Positions 34,018 through 45,760 of a DNA stretch of 64,000 bases are shown one piece after another. The notes beneath the pieces are model-generated. The model saw nothing but the letters and a program-made list of their open reading frames with translations, made no database searches and was not told the origin of the DNA. The stretch covers positions 1,399-65,398 of the forward strand of contig CAVWFF010000036.1 of the NCBI GenBank assembly GCA_963754145.1, read 5' to 3'. The number at the start of each line of letters is the position of its first letter. The stretch's first letter is position 1. A program made the position numbers and the translations under genes. This DNA comes from an uncultured Actinomycetota bacterium. Its GTDB lineage: Bacteria; Actinomycetota; Actinomycetes; Propionibacteriales; Nocardioidaceae.

Positions 34018-34499
34018 CCGACTGACCCGGCTCGACCTGGTCACGTCCGCTACATGGTCGACGACGTCGACGCGTCGATCGACTTCTACACCCGTCACCT
34101 CGGCTTCAGTGTGAGGACGAGCTTCGCGCCGGCCTTCGCGGAGGTCACCCGCGGCAACCTGCGGCTCCTGCTGAGCGGGCCGCAGCAGCTCGGCCGGCAG
34201 ACCGATGCCGGACGGCGCGGCAGCCCGCACCCGGCGGATGGAACCGCATCCACCTGCTCGTGGAGGACATCGCCGCTGAGGTCGAGGCGCCTGCGCACCG
34301 CGGGCCTGACATTCCGGAACGACGTCGTCACCGGCCCGGGGGTCGCCAGATCCTGCTCGAGGACCCCTCCGGCAACGTGGTCGAGCTGTTCCAGCCCGCA
34401 GGGCGCGAGGACGCTCAGCGCTGCACGAGGACGGCGACCACCCAGGCGGCGAGCCCGACCACGCGGCAGCAGCAGGACCACCCGCGGCTGCGGTCATGA
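34014..34499 (+). CDS. VOC/glyoxalase family protein (indels, 3' end uncertain, about 34410)
   Basis: '[21 protein letters not shown]', '[11 protein letters not shown]', 'GWNRIHL', '[17 protein letters not shown]'. Confidence 0.82.
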
Positions 34500-34672
34500 A
34501 GCTGCGGACGCCGATCAGCAGCAGCACCAGCCAGAGCACGCAGAGGCCGATCGTCCAGCCGGCGCCGAGCAGTCGTGGCCGAGCCGAGGTCGAGGAACAG
34601 CACGCAGGCGAGGCCGGTCATGCCCACGAACGACGGCCGGAGCCGGCGTACGTCGGGCGGCGGCGCGGGCAC
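34415..34672 (-). CDS. Small membrane protein (indels)
   Basis: Hydrophobic pieces '[13 protein letters not shown]', '[13 protein letters not shown]' and '[13 protein letters not shown]' lie across different frames. Confidence 0.5.
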   Translation of the reverse strand: MPAPPPDVRRLRPSFVGMTGLACVLFLDLGSATTARRRLDDRPLRALAGAAADRRPQLHDRSRGWSCCCRVVGLAAWVVAVLVQR

Positions 34673-34678
34673 CGGCGC

Positions 34679-34865
34679 TCAGTCCTCGAGGTCCTCGTCG
34701 CCCCAGGCGTCGTCCTTGTCCCACTCCTCGTTGCGCTCCTGGACCTTCTCCAGCGCCCGCGACGCCTCCTCCTGGGAGGGATAGGGGCCGAGCCGGTCGG
34801 CGAGCTGGCGCAGCCGTCGGCGGGCTCGACGCGTGGTGGTTCAGGCAGTACCAGAACTCGCTCAT
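34679..34865 (-). CDS. Small conserved actinobacterial hypothetical protein (indels)
   Basis: '[11 protein letters not shown]...VEP.DGC...[29 protein letters not shown]'. Divergent from map. Confidence 0.65.
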
Positions 34866-34900
34866 GCCGGTCAGGACGGAAACTACACTCGCCGTCCGAC

Positions 34901-35748
34901 GTGACCCCCGTAGCCCCCGGAACCATCTCGCCGCGCCGTCCCGTGCCGACGCACATCCCGCGGCCCGGAGTACGTCGACCGGCCGGCGCCCGCGCCGTTC
35001 ACCGGGCCGGAGGTGAAGGACGCCGAGACGATCGCGAAGATGCGCGTCGCCGGCCGGATCGCCGCCCGGGCGCTGCAGGAGGTCGGCGGGCCGTCGCCCC
35101 GGGCGTGACGCACGACGAGCTGGACCGGATCGGCCACGAGTACCTGGTCGCCCACGACGCCTACCCCTCGACGCTCGGCTACAAGGGCTTCCCGAAGTCG
35201 CTGTGCACGAGCGCCAACGAGGTGATCTGCCACGGCATCCCGGACAGCCGGGTGGTCGAGGACGGCGACATCGTCAACATCGACATCACCGCCTTCATCG
35301 ACGGCGTGCACGGCGACACCAACGCCACCTTCCTCACCCCCGGCGTCGACCAGGAGGTGCGCGACCTCGTCGAGCGCACCCAGGAGGCGCTGCGCCGGGC
35401 GATCAACGCGGTCAAGCCGGGTCGCCGGATCAACGTGATCGGCCGGGTGATCGAGGCCTACGCGCGCCGGTTCGGCTACGGCGTGGTCCGCGAGTTCACC
35501 GGCCACGGCATCGGCTCGTCGTTCCACTCGGGGCTGGTGATCCCGCACTTCGACGACCCGCGCTACGACAACGTGATCGAGCCCGGCATGACGTTCACGA
35601 TCGAGCCGATGCTCAACCTCGGCACCCACAGCTGGGACATGTGGGACGACGACTGGACCGTGGTCACCAAGGACCGCCGGCGGGCGCCCAGTTCGAGCAC
35701 ACCCTGCTGGTCACCGACTCCGGCGCCGAGATCCTGACGCTCCCCTGA
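34901..35748 (+). CDS. map: Methionine aminopeptidase type I (indels)
   Basis: '[28 protein letters not shown]', 'DIT...HGDTNAT', 'FTGHGIG', 'FTIEPM', '[10 protein letters not shown]'. Confidence 0.95.
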
Positions 35749-35891
35749 CCTCCCTCCGTTGAGTAGTGCGGGGATCTTCTCCGGCGCCGGCACCAGCCAC
35801 ATGTTCGTTGACGTCCAGATCACCCGCCTGCAGTAGCCGCTCGTTCCCTTCCGCCGACCCCGTCGCGATGGCGGCTGCAGGACCGCTGACC

Positions 35892-35929
35892 CGTCGCAGA
35901 TGGGCTCCACGAGCTGACCATCTGCGACG
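35892..35929. terminator. Long hairpin between convergent map and mtnP
   Basis: CGTCGCAGATGG / CCATCTGCGACG outer stem, with inner GCTC-CAC-GAGC. Confidence 0.55.
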
Positions 35930-35979
35930 ACTGCGCCACCTCCAGCACGACCCATCCGCGACGGTACTCGCCGGGATCG

Positions 35980-36777
35980 TCAGGGAGGTCGAAGGGGAGG
36001 TCGAGGCCGTCGATCGAGGTGGCGCAGGTGCAGGCGGCGGGGTCGGGTAGCCCGGCGATGACGCGCGTCAGGAGGGCCTTGAGCCGGTCGATGTTCTGCG
36101 CGCAACATCGCGAACACCTCGGCCTGGCAACAGCACCTTCGCCGACCTCGATGCCGGCGTCGAGGTCGGTCACCAGCGCCAGCGTGGCGTAGCAGAGCCC
36201 GAGCTCGCGGGCGAACACCGCCTCCGGGTGCCCCGTCATGTTCCACCAGCGACCAGCCCTGGGCGGCGAAGCGCTGCGACTCCGCGCGTGTGGAGAACCG
36301 CGGACCCTCGATCACCACCATCGCTCCGCCGGCGACCACCTCCGGCTCGGTGGCGCGCACGTGCTCGCTGATCCGGCACAGTACGGGTCGGCGAACGGCA
36401 CGTGCAGCGCACCCTCGCTCGACGTACGTCTGGATCCGGCTGCTGGTGCGGTCGACGAGCTGGTCCGGCAGCACCATATCGCCCGGGCGGCAGGTCCTGC
36501 CGGAGGCTGCCGACGGCGCACGGCGCGAGCACCGGCGCACGCCGAGCGGTGCGCAGCGCCCAGATGTTCGCGCGGTAGTTGATCCGGTGCGGCGGGTGCT
36601 CGGGCGGCGCGCCGTGCCGCGGCAGGAACGCGACCGACCGGCCGGCGCCCGCCCGATCGCCACGTCCAACTCGCCGTACGGCGTCGCCATGCGCACGTCA
36701 CGCGGGTCGTCGAGGAACGTGTAGAAGCCGGAGCCCCCGATCACCCCGATCTCGGCGCTCGGACCTGCGTGCGGCAT
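35980..36777 (-). CDS. mtnP: S-methyl-5'-thioadenosine phosphorylase (many indels)
   Basis: 'EIGVIGGSGFY', 'TPYG', 'INYRAN', 'PCAVGSL', 'PDQLVDRT', 'IEGPRFSTRAES', 'MTGHPEAVFARELGLCYA...VTDLDAG'. Confidence 0.9.
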   Translation of the reverse strand: MPHAGPSAEIGVIGGSGFYTFLDDPRDVRMATPYGELDVAIGRAPAGRSRSCRGTARRPSTRRTGSTTARTSGRCAPLGVRRCSRRAPSAASGRTCRPGDMVLPDQLVDRTSSRIQTYVERGCAARAVRRPVLCRISEHVRATEPEVVAGGAMVVIEGPRFSTRAESQRFAAQGWSLVEHDGAPGGGVRPRARALLRHAGAGDRPRRRHRGRRRCCCQAEVFAMLRAEHRPAQGPPDARHRRATRPRRLHLRHLDRRPRPPLRPP

Positions 36778-36807
36778 CGCCGAGTCGGCAGGCCCTATCC
36801 TTGTGCT

Positions 36808-37218
36808 GCGGATGGGCTGGCCGGGCGACCGCGGCCCTCGTCCCTCGGGACGGGAGTCGAGGAAGGTCCGGGCTCCACAGGGCAAGGTGGTGGGCAACAC
36901 CCACCCGGGGCAACCCGCGGGACAGTGCCACAGAAAACAGACCGCCGCTCCTCCGGAGCGGCAAGGGTGAAACGGTGGTGCAAGAGACCACCAGCACGGC
37001 GGGCGACCGTCGTGGCTCGGTAAACCCCACCTGGAGCAAGGTCAAGAAGGGTCTGACGGTTACGGCGGAAGACCTGCGCGGAGGGCGGCCCGCCCGATAT
37101 CCGCGGGTGGACTGCACGAGGCGGTCGGCAACGGTCGTCCCAGATGGATGGTCGCCAACCGCACGCTCGCGAGGGCGGTACGGCGAACAGAACCCGGCCT
37201 ATGAGCCAGCCCATCCGC
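36808..37218 (+). ncRNA. rnpB: RNase P RNA, bacterial type A
   Basis: P1 GCGGATGGGCTGGC/GCCAGCCCATCCGC, 'GAGGAAGGTCCGGGCTCC', 'AGTGCCACAGAAA', 'GGGTGAAACGGTGGTGCAAGAG', 'GGTAAACCCC', 'AACAGAACCCGGCCTA'. TATCCT -10 lies just upstream. Confidence 0.97.
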
Positions 37219-37861
37219 ACCGGGGGCTCCGACCAAAGAGCGCTCGACTCCCCCGGTGCCGCGCTGGATGGGGTTGCCAGCACCGGGGGTCAGCTTGGTC
37301 AGGACCTGGTCTCCGCCACGCAGACCCTGGCCAGTGGTTTGTCATCCCGAACCGACGTGGACAACGGTAGGGCCACCGAGGTCTCCGCCGGCATTGGCCG
37401 TTGGTCTTACGACCATGCCAGCTCGGCCGACTGGCAGGTCAGGTGGACGCGGTCCAGGATCAGGACGGTCGGATTGGGTGCCAGAGCGGTGGTGAAACGA
37501 ACCGGCGCCGTAGAGGATGCACCCGATCGAGAGGCCCGGAACGCCACGATGCGCGTGGCCCCCAGGTCCACGCGCATCGAACGGGCCCCCCGGCCGTTGG
37601 AACGACCTTATGGACGAACGCTCTCCACCATGGGGAGTTGCACAAAAATGCAGTCGCATAAACCTGAATGTCTCGATTGCACAATTTTGCCGCGGCGACT
37701 CCCGACGCCTTCTAACGTTCTTCTTGGGCCCCCCGCCCCCCTCGCACCAAGCGACACGAACCCGCCGTTCCACGAGGCCATCCCCCCGGCCCGTAGGCCA
37801 TCCCCCCGGCCACCGGAACCGGCGGGTTCGTCGTTTCCGGGGCCTCCCGGGCCGCCGGGCC

Positions 37862-39304
37862 TCAGCGCCGGAACTCGACCTTCCGCTGCCCGGGATCCGC
37901 GACGGCGAGCACGACCTCGATCTCGGCGCCGACCGGCAGCGCGTCCGCGCCGACCACTCTGGCCTCCGTCGCGGGCTCCGCGAGCTGCAGCAGGCCGTGG
38001 GTCGGGTCGTCACCGTCCACCTCCAGCACCACCCCGGTGAACTTCTCACCGACCGATCCCTTGAGCAGCTCGGCCTCGACCAGGTCTGTGACTGCGTTCT
38101 CGTAGGCGTTGGCCCGGCGCCCGGCCTCCTGCATCGTCGACGGCAGGTCGGGCAGCGCCTCGAGCACCCAGTCCGGCACGTCGCTCACCCGCGCAGAGCG
38201 CGACGCAGATCTCCTGCGCGTAGCGGTCGACCAGGCGGCGCAGCGGCGCGGTGACGTGGGCGTACGGCGAGGCGAGCGCGGCGTGCTCGCGGCTGCTCGG
38301 GCAGCTCGCCGTCGAAGGCGGCGTAGCCGGCGCCGCGGAGCAGCGAGGTGCAGGCGACCACCATCGCCGCGTGGCGGGCTTCGACGGGTCGAGCGACCGG
38401 ATGAAGTCGGGGTAGGCCTGCTCGGCGGGCCAGTCGATGCCGCAGCGCCCGCGCCGTACGGCGCAGCCGCTCGACCGCGTCGGGTCGGCGGGCGGCAGCG
38501 TGCGCAGGATGCCGACCTTGCCGTCGAGCATGATCGAGGCCGCGGCGATGCCGGTGAGCAGCGAGATCTGCGCGTTCCACTCCTCGACCGGCAGCAGCTC
38601 GCGGAACTCCAGCCGCCAGCGGTCGTCGCTCGATCGACGATCTCCTGCTCGGGCAGCGGCAGCGAGACGCCGCCGCGCTCGGCCTCCTGCTGCGATGCGC
38701 AGCGTCGCCGACCTCCTCGAGCAGCGCCGAGCATCGCGTCGGCGGTGCCGGCGTCGATCGTCGCGCCTGCACGCCGTCGTAGTCGCAGCTTGGCGCGCGA
38801 CCGCACCCGCGCCCGCTCGACGTCGCCGTCGGTGACCGTCGCCGCGCGCGTCGAGCCCGATCGTCCACAGCAGCGCCGGACGCACCTGCGTCGGGCAGCA
38901 GCGACGCGGCGCCCTCGGAGAGCACGGTCGGGTGCAGCGGGATCTTGGTGTCGGCGCCGTAGAGCGACTCGCCGCGGCGGTGGGCCTCCGCGTCGACCGC
39001 GCCGCCGGGCTCGACGAACGCCGCGACGTCGGCGATCGCGTAGTGCACGACGTAGCCGTCGCCGTCGCGCTCGAGGTGCATCGCCTGGTCGAGGTCCATC
39101 GACGACCCGGGTCGATGGTGACGAAGCGCGAGGTCGGTCAGGTCCAGGTCCGGCAGGCGCGGCGCGCGCGGCCGCCGCGGCGGCCTCCCGCTCGACGTCC
39201 TCCGGGAACTCCGCGCTGACCTTCTGCTCCTCCTGGATCGCCGCGATCCCCTTGCGCAGGTCGTCGTCGGCGCTGTCGCGCACCCGCAGCACTCGCGCCG
39301 CCAT
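37862..39304 (-). CDS. RNB-domain ribonuclease (RNase II/R family, many indels)
   Basis: 'MDLDQAMHLE...VHYAIADVAAFV', 'AHRRGESLY', 'AASLLP', 'EEWNAQISLLTG', 'YAHVTAPLRRLVDRY'. Confidence 0.9.
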   Translation of the reverse strand: MAARVLRVRDSADDDLRKGIAAIQEEQKVSAEFPEDVEREAAAAAARAAPAGPGPDRPRASSPSTRVVDGPRPGDAPRARRRRLRRALRDRRRRGVRRARRRGRRGGPPPRRVALRRRHQDPAAPDRALRGRRVAAARRRCVRRCCGRSGSTRAATVTDGDVERARVRSRAKLRLRRRAGATIDAGTADAMLGAARGGRRRCASQQEAERGGVSLPLPEQEIVDRATTAGGWSSASCCRSRSGTRRSRCSPASPRPRSCSTARSASCARCRPPTRRGRAAAPYGAGAAASTGPPSRPTPTSSGRSTRRSPPRGDGGRLHLAAPRRRLRRLRRRAARAAASTPRSPRRTPTSPRRCAAWSTATRRRSASRSARVSDVPDWVLEALPDLPSTMQEAGRRANAYENAVTDLVEAELLKGSVGEKFTGVVLEVDGDDPTHGLLQLAEPATEARVVGADALPVGAEIEVVLAVADPGQRKVEFRR

Positions 39305-39386
39305 CAGCGCGGATCCCGTGCTGCGTCATGCCCGCCACGCTAGCGGGCCGCCCTCGCATGGCGTGTCCTCGCCCTAGGCTGGCGCG

Positions 39387-40168
39387 GTGCTGATCCTGCT
39401 GCCGCCCTCCGAGGGCAAGACGGCGCCGCGGCGCGGCAGCCCGGCTGGACCTCGACCGGCTGTCGCTTCCCGCGCTGACCGACGCCCGCCGGCAGGTGCT
39501 CGACGCGCTCGTGCGCACCAGCGCCGAGCACCCGGACGCGCTCCGCGTGCTCGGGCTCGGCGTCGGGCAGGCCGCCGAGCTGCGCGCGCAACGCAGCGCC
39601 TGCACACGGCCCGGACGGCGCGGGCGGACAGGGTCTACACCGGCGTGCTCTACGAGGCTCTCGACCTCTCCTCGCTGGACGGCGCCGCACGCCGCCGGGC
39701 GACGCGGTGGCTGGCGGTGACCTCGTCGGTGTTCGGGCTGGTGCGCCCCGGTGACCCGATCCCCGCCTACCGGCTCGCCGGTGACGTCACCCTGCCCGGG
39801 CTCGGCGGGGTCGCCGCGCACTGGCGCACGCACCTCGACCCGGTGGTGCGCGAGCGCGCTCGGCGGCGGCCTGCTGGTCGACCTGCGCTCGTCGACGTAC
39901 GCCGCGTTCTGGCGGCCGACGCCCGACCTGGCCCGTCGGGTCGCCACCGTGCGCGTGCTGCACGAGGTCGACGGACGCCGGCAGGTGGTCAGCCACTTCA
40001 ACAAGGCGACCAAGGGCCGGCTGGTGCGCGCCCTGCTCGAGGACGGTACGGCGCCACGCACGCCGGCGTCGCTCGCCGACCACCTCGGCGTCGCTCGGCT
40101 GGAAGGTCGAGGTGGGTCGACCGACCGCGAAGGGCACGGCGCTCGACGTCGTGGTGACCGAGGTCTAG
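39387..40168 (+). CDS. yaaA: Peroxide stress protein YaaA (indels)
   Basis: 'MLILLPPSEGK', 'VYTGVLYEALD', 'SSVFGLVRPGDPIPAYRL', 'VDLRSSTY', 'VVSHFNKATKGRL'. Confidence 0.88.
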
Positions 40169-41320
40169 GGCGCGAGGAACGGCACGTCGGTCGGCCGCGC
40201 GTTGAACAGCCGCAGCGACGGCCATCGCGGGCCGGCCCTCCGGGTCGCCGGGTAGTAGGTGACCACGGTGACCGAGGCCGGGGCGAGCTCCATCCGGTAC
40301 ACCGCCTCCAGCGGCGCGCCGAGGGCGTCGGCGACGAGGGTCTTGATCGGGGTCACGTGGCTGACCACGAGCACGCGTCTGCCGGCGTACGCCGCGAGCA
40401 TCCGGTCGCGCCCGGCCAGCACCCGCTTCTCGACCGCCCGGAACGACTCGCCGCCGTCCGGCGCTGGCTCGAGGTCGCCCAGCCAGGCGCGCAGCTCGTC
40501 GGGGAACTGCTCGCGCACCTCGGTGAAGCTCAGGCCGTCCCAGGTGCCGAACTCCATCTCGGCGATGCCGGCTCCTCGACTCGACCTCGAGGCCGAGGAC
40601 CTCGCCGAGGATCTCGGCCGACTCGCGGGTGCGGCGGACCGGGGAGCTGACCATCGCGTCGAAGCTCGCCGCGACAGCGGCGCCAGCCACTCCGCCGTGG
40701 CCCGCGCCTGGGCCCGGCCCTCGTCGTTGAGCGGCGGGTTGGAGCTGGCCAGGCCGCCGGAGAAGCGCTTGTCCGTGGTGTGGTCGGTGACGCCGTGGCG
40801 CACCAGCACGAACGTGGTGGGCGGTGCCGCCGCGCGGACCAGCCGCGGTACTCGGCGTCGGAGCGCGGCGCGCTTCCTGCTCGGCGCTCGCCCAGCGGTC
40901 GAGCCTGTCGCGACCGGACCGTCCGCGTCGCGCAGCCCGTCGAGCGCCTCGTTGGCCAGCCGGTCGGCGTGCGTGTTCGCGCTCGCGGGGCACCCAGGTG
41001 AACGTCGTGCCGGCCGGCGCCAGCCGGCTGGCCTCCAGCGCCAGCGGCTTCATCGACGGGTGCTTGATCTTCCAGTTGCCGGACATCTGCTCGACGACCA
41101 GCTTGGAGTCCATCCGCACCTCGAGCGCGGCGTCGGGCGCGTGCTCGGCGGCGAGCTCCAGCCCGGCGATCAGGCCGCGGTACTCCGCGACGTTGTTGGT
41201 GGCGACGCCGATCGTCTCGCCCCGCTCGGCGATCGTCTCGCCGGTGTCGGCGTCCTTGAGCACGGCGCCGTACGCCGACGGGCCGGGGTTGCCGCGCGAG
41301 CCACCGTCGGCCTCGATCAC
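40165..41320 (-). CDS. Bifunctional RNase HI / acid phosphatase (CobC-like), Rv2228c-type (indels)
   Basis: 'EADGGSRGNPG', 'ATNNVAEY', 'MDSKLVVEQM'. Histidine phosphatase motifs 'LVRHG', 'EMEFGTWDG', 'VVSHVTPIK'. Confidence 0.92.
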
Positions 41321-41342
41321 AGACCGAGGCCGCGCGGTCGGC

Positions 41343-42091
41343 TCACAGCCCGGACTCCGCGGTGCGCACCAGGATCCGGTTGCACTCCTCGCAGCGGATC
41401 ACCTCGTCGGACGGGGCCGCGGCCATCGCCCGCAGGTCGGCCGCGTTCAGGGTGAGCCGGCAGCCGCCGCACTCGCCGCGGGCAGGGCGGCCGCACCGAC
41501 GCCGTTCTTCTGCTCCCGCAGCTTCTCGTAGAGCGCCATCAGGTCGTCCGGCAGGCCCGCGGCCGCGGCGGCGCGCTCGCGCTCGCAGCGCGGTGATCTC
41601 GTCGCGGATGCCGCCCGACTTCTGGTCGCGGGCGGTGCGTGAGGGTCAGCGTGCGCTCCTCGAACCCCGCGAGCTCGCTGGTCACGCTTCTCCAGCTCGG
41701 TCTGGGTCTCCTCGAGCCGCTCCATCACCTCGAGCTCGGTGTCCTCGAGCGAGGTGATCCGGCGTCGAGCGACTCCAGCTCGTCGAGCATCCGCTCCAGG
41801 TCCTTGGGGTTGGTGATCAGGCCCTGCGTCCATCCGGCTGCGGTCGCGCTCGCGCCGGGTCTTCACCTGCTCGACGTCGGCGTCGGCCTTGCTTCTGCTC
41901 GGCGGTCAGGTCGTCGACGGCCACGCGCAGGTCGCGCGCCCGGTCGTCGAGCTGCTTGCGTCGGGTCTCGTTGCTCGCTGCAGCTGCGCGATCTCCGGCA
42001 TCGTCCGCAGCTGGTGGGCGAGAGCGTCGAGACGGGAGTCGAGCTCCTGGACGTCGAGCAGCTTGAGCTGGGCGAACGGGTCGGCTTTCAG
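41343..42091 (-). CDS. C4-type zinc-ribbon coiled-coil protein, Rv2229c-type (indels)
   Basis: 'KADPFAQLKLLDVQELD', 'LEDTELEVMERLE', 'LPDDLMALYEKLR', 'CGGCRL...CEECNRILVR'. Confidence 0.85.
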
Positions 42092-42100
42092 GGTGTCTCC

Positions 42101-43249
42101 TCAGTCGGTGTCCACGCGGAAGGTCCACGGATCGGTCGTGCGTCGTGCTGACGTGGACCTCCACCGTATCGCCCAGCGCCGCGGCCAGCTTGCGGCGGAG
42201 CACCGGGAGCCAGGTCCACTCGGCGGCCCAGTGCGCCACGTCGACCAGCGCCGGCCGCCGCGCTGCGCCGCGTGCTCCCGGAACTCGCTCGCCGGGTGGT
42301 GGCGCAGGTCGGAGGTCAGGTAGACGTCCGCGTCGGTGCGTCGCACCTGGTCGAGCAGGAAGTCGCCCGCGCCCCCGCACAGCGCGACGGTGCGCACCTG
42401 CTGGTCGGGGTCGCCCGCGACCCGCACGCCGTGTGCGGTGGCCGGGAGCACGTCGGCGACGTGCTCGGCGAACTCGCGCGAGCGTCATCGGCGCGGCCAG
42501 GGTGCCGATCCGGCCCTGCCCGCGCGCCGGCTCGTCGGTGGGGGCGAGCTCGACGACGTCGTACGCCGGCTCCTCGTACGGGTGCGCCGCCAGCATCGCG
42601 GCGACGACCGCGCTCCCGGTCGTCCCGGGCCGAGCACGACCTCGACCCGCACCTCGTCGACCACCTCGAGCTCCCCGACCGAGCCGATCGCGGGCGTGGC
42701 CCCGTCGAGCGGGCGGAACCGGCCCTCGCCCGGCGACGGTGAAGGAGGCCGAGTCGTAGCGGCCGATCCGGCCGGCGCCCGGCCTCGGCCAGCGCGCGTC
42801 GTACGGCGTCGGCGTCGGCCACCGGGACGAACACGACGAGCTTGTCGAGCGGCTCGGCCGGCGCGGGCTCCAGCGGCGTGACGTCGCGCAGACCGAGCGC
42901 CAGCGCCAGCGACTCGGAGACGCCGTCGGTCGGGGCGTCGGCGTTGGTGTGCGCGGTGTAGAGCGCGCAGCCGCCGCTCACCAGGCCGTGCACGATCCGG
43001 CCCTTGGGCGTGGTCGCGGCGACCCCGTGCACGCCGCGGAGCAGCAGCGGGTGGTGCGTGACCAGCAGCTGCGCCTGCCGCCTCGATCGCCTCGGCGACC
43101 GTCGCGGTGACCGGGTCGACCGCGAGCAGGATCGCGCGGACCTCGTCGTCCGGGTCTCCGCAGACCAGGCCGACCGCGTCCCAGTCCTCGGCCCAGCGGG
43201 GCGGGTACCACTCCTCGAGCAGGGCGATCACGTCACGCAGGGCGGCCAT
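42101..43249 (-). CDS. Nif3/YbgI-like dinuclear metal centre protein (indels)
   Basis: 'YPPRWAEDWDAVGLVCG', 'LVTHHP', 'LYTAHTNAD', 'AAHPYEEPAYDV', 'ALCGGAG', 'TSDLRHH', 'HWAAEW'. Confidence 0.9.
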
Positions 43250-43277
43250 GGGCGCGAACTCCGTAGCGTCGCCACGC

Positions 43278-44820
<1,543 letters not shown>

Positions 44821-44912
44821 CCGGGGCCTCCCAGGGTCAGACGCGTGTGACGCGAGCCACTCTAGTGAGGCGACGTTGGTCGGAGGTTGCCCGAGAAGGG
44901 CACGGAAAGGGG

Positions 44913-44984
44913 TGGGCGTAGCAGGGATCGAACCTGCGACATCTGCCTTGTAAGGGCAGCGCTCTACCGCTGAGCTATACGCCC
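44913..44984 (-). tRNA. tRNA-Val (TAC)
   Basis: GGGCGTA TAGCTCAGCGGTAGAGC...CT TAC AA...GGTTCGATCC...TACGCCC A. CCA is not fully encoded. TAGTCT -10 at 45016-45021. Confidence 0.96.
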
Positions 44985-45042
44985 GCAGCCCGGGCACCGG
45001 AGCCGGCCGCCGCACAGACTACGGGAGCACCGCCGGGGCATG

Positions 45043-45088
45043 AAAAAAGTTACGACCGCTGGCGTCTCGGGTCACCAGCGGTCGTAAC
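45043..45088 (-). terminator. Intrinsic terminator
   Basis: 14-bp stem GTTACGACCGCTGG/CCAGCGGTCGTAAC followed by T6 on the minus strand. Confidence 0.8.
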
Positions 45089-45200
45089 AACGCCAACTAT
45101 GACCGACTCGCGCCCGTGGTTCCAGCGGATCGGGCCAAGAGACTCGAAAATGGCCCGAAATGACTAGACGGCTGCGAGCGGAAACCACGGCCCAGAGCCC

Positions 45201-45665
45201 TTAGGACGTGAGGGTTTTGACAGCAGCCGCGTGAGCGTCAAGGTCGCGGGCCTCGCCCGTGTCGTTGTGCACCGCCCAGCGGACCACGCCGTCCTTGTCG
45301 ACGAGGAACGACGACCGGCTCGCGTGACCCGCGGTCTCGTCGAAGACGCCGTACGCCGAGGCGACCTCGCCGTGCGGCCAGTAGTCGGAGAGCAGGGGGA
45401 AGAAGAGTCCGTCGCGGTCGGCGAACGCGCGCTGGGTGAAGACCGGGTCGCAGGAGATGGTCACCAGGGTCGCGTCGTCGGTCTCGAAGTCGCCGAGCCG
45501 GTCACGCAGGCCGCTGAGCTCGCCCGTGCACACGCCGCTGAACGCGAACGGGTAGAACACCACCAGCACCGCCTTGTCGCCGCGGAAGGACGACAGCCGG
45601 ATCTCCTGCCGGTGCTGGTCGACGAGCTCGAAGTCGGGGGCGAGGTCGCCCACCTGGATCGCCAA
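45201..45665 (-). CDS. ahpE: Peroxiredoxin AhpE-type
   Basis: 'VGDLAPDFEL', 'VFYPFAFSGVCTGE', 'FPLLSDYWPHGEVASAYGVF'. Syntenic position between tRNA-Val and DUF3052. Confidence 0.88.
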   Translation of the reverse strand: MAIQVGDLAPDFELVDQHRQEIRLSSFRGDKAVLVVFYPFAFSGVCTGELSGLRDRLGDFETDDATLVTISCDPVFTQRAFADRDGLFFPLLSDYWPHGEVASAYGVFDETAGHASRSSFLVDKDGVVRWAVHNDTGEARDLDAHAAAVKTLTS

Positions 45666-45760
45666 CGCCCTGCTCCCGTCGTCTTGTCGAAGGTCTGTCG
45701 AGGGTCTGCATTGTGACAGGCCCGGATGACATCCCCGCAACACCCCAAAGCACGAGGGGC

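Noticed and set aside
34014-34420. ArsI C-As lyase
   Set aside because: It lacks the ArsI N-terminal motif and the vicinal Cys pair.
44880-45000. Integrative element at tRNA-Val
   Set aside because: No integrase is present, I saw no duplicated tRNA 3' end, and the flanks are ordinary chromosomal genes.
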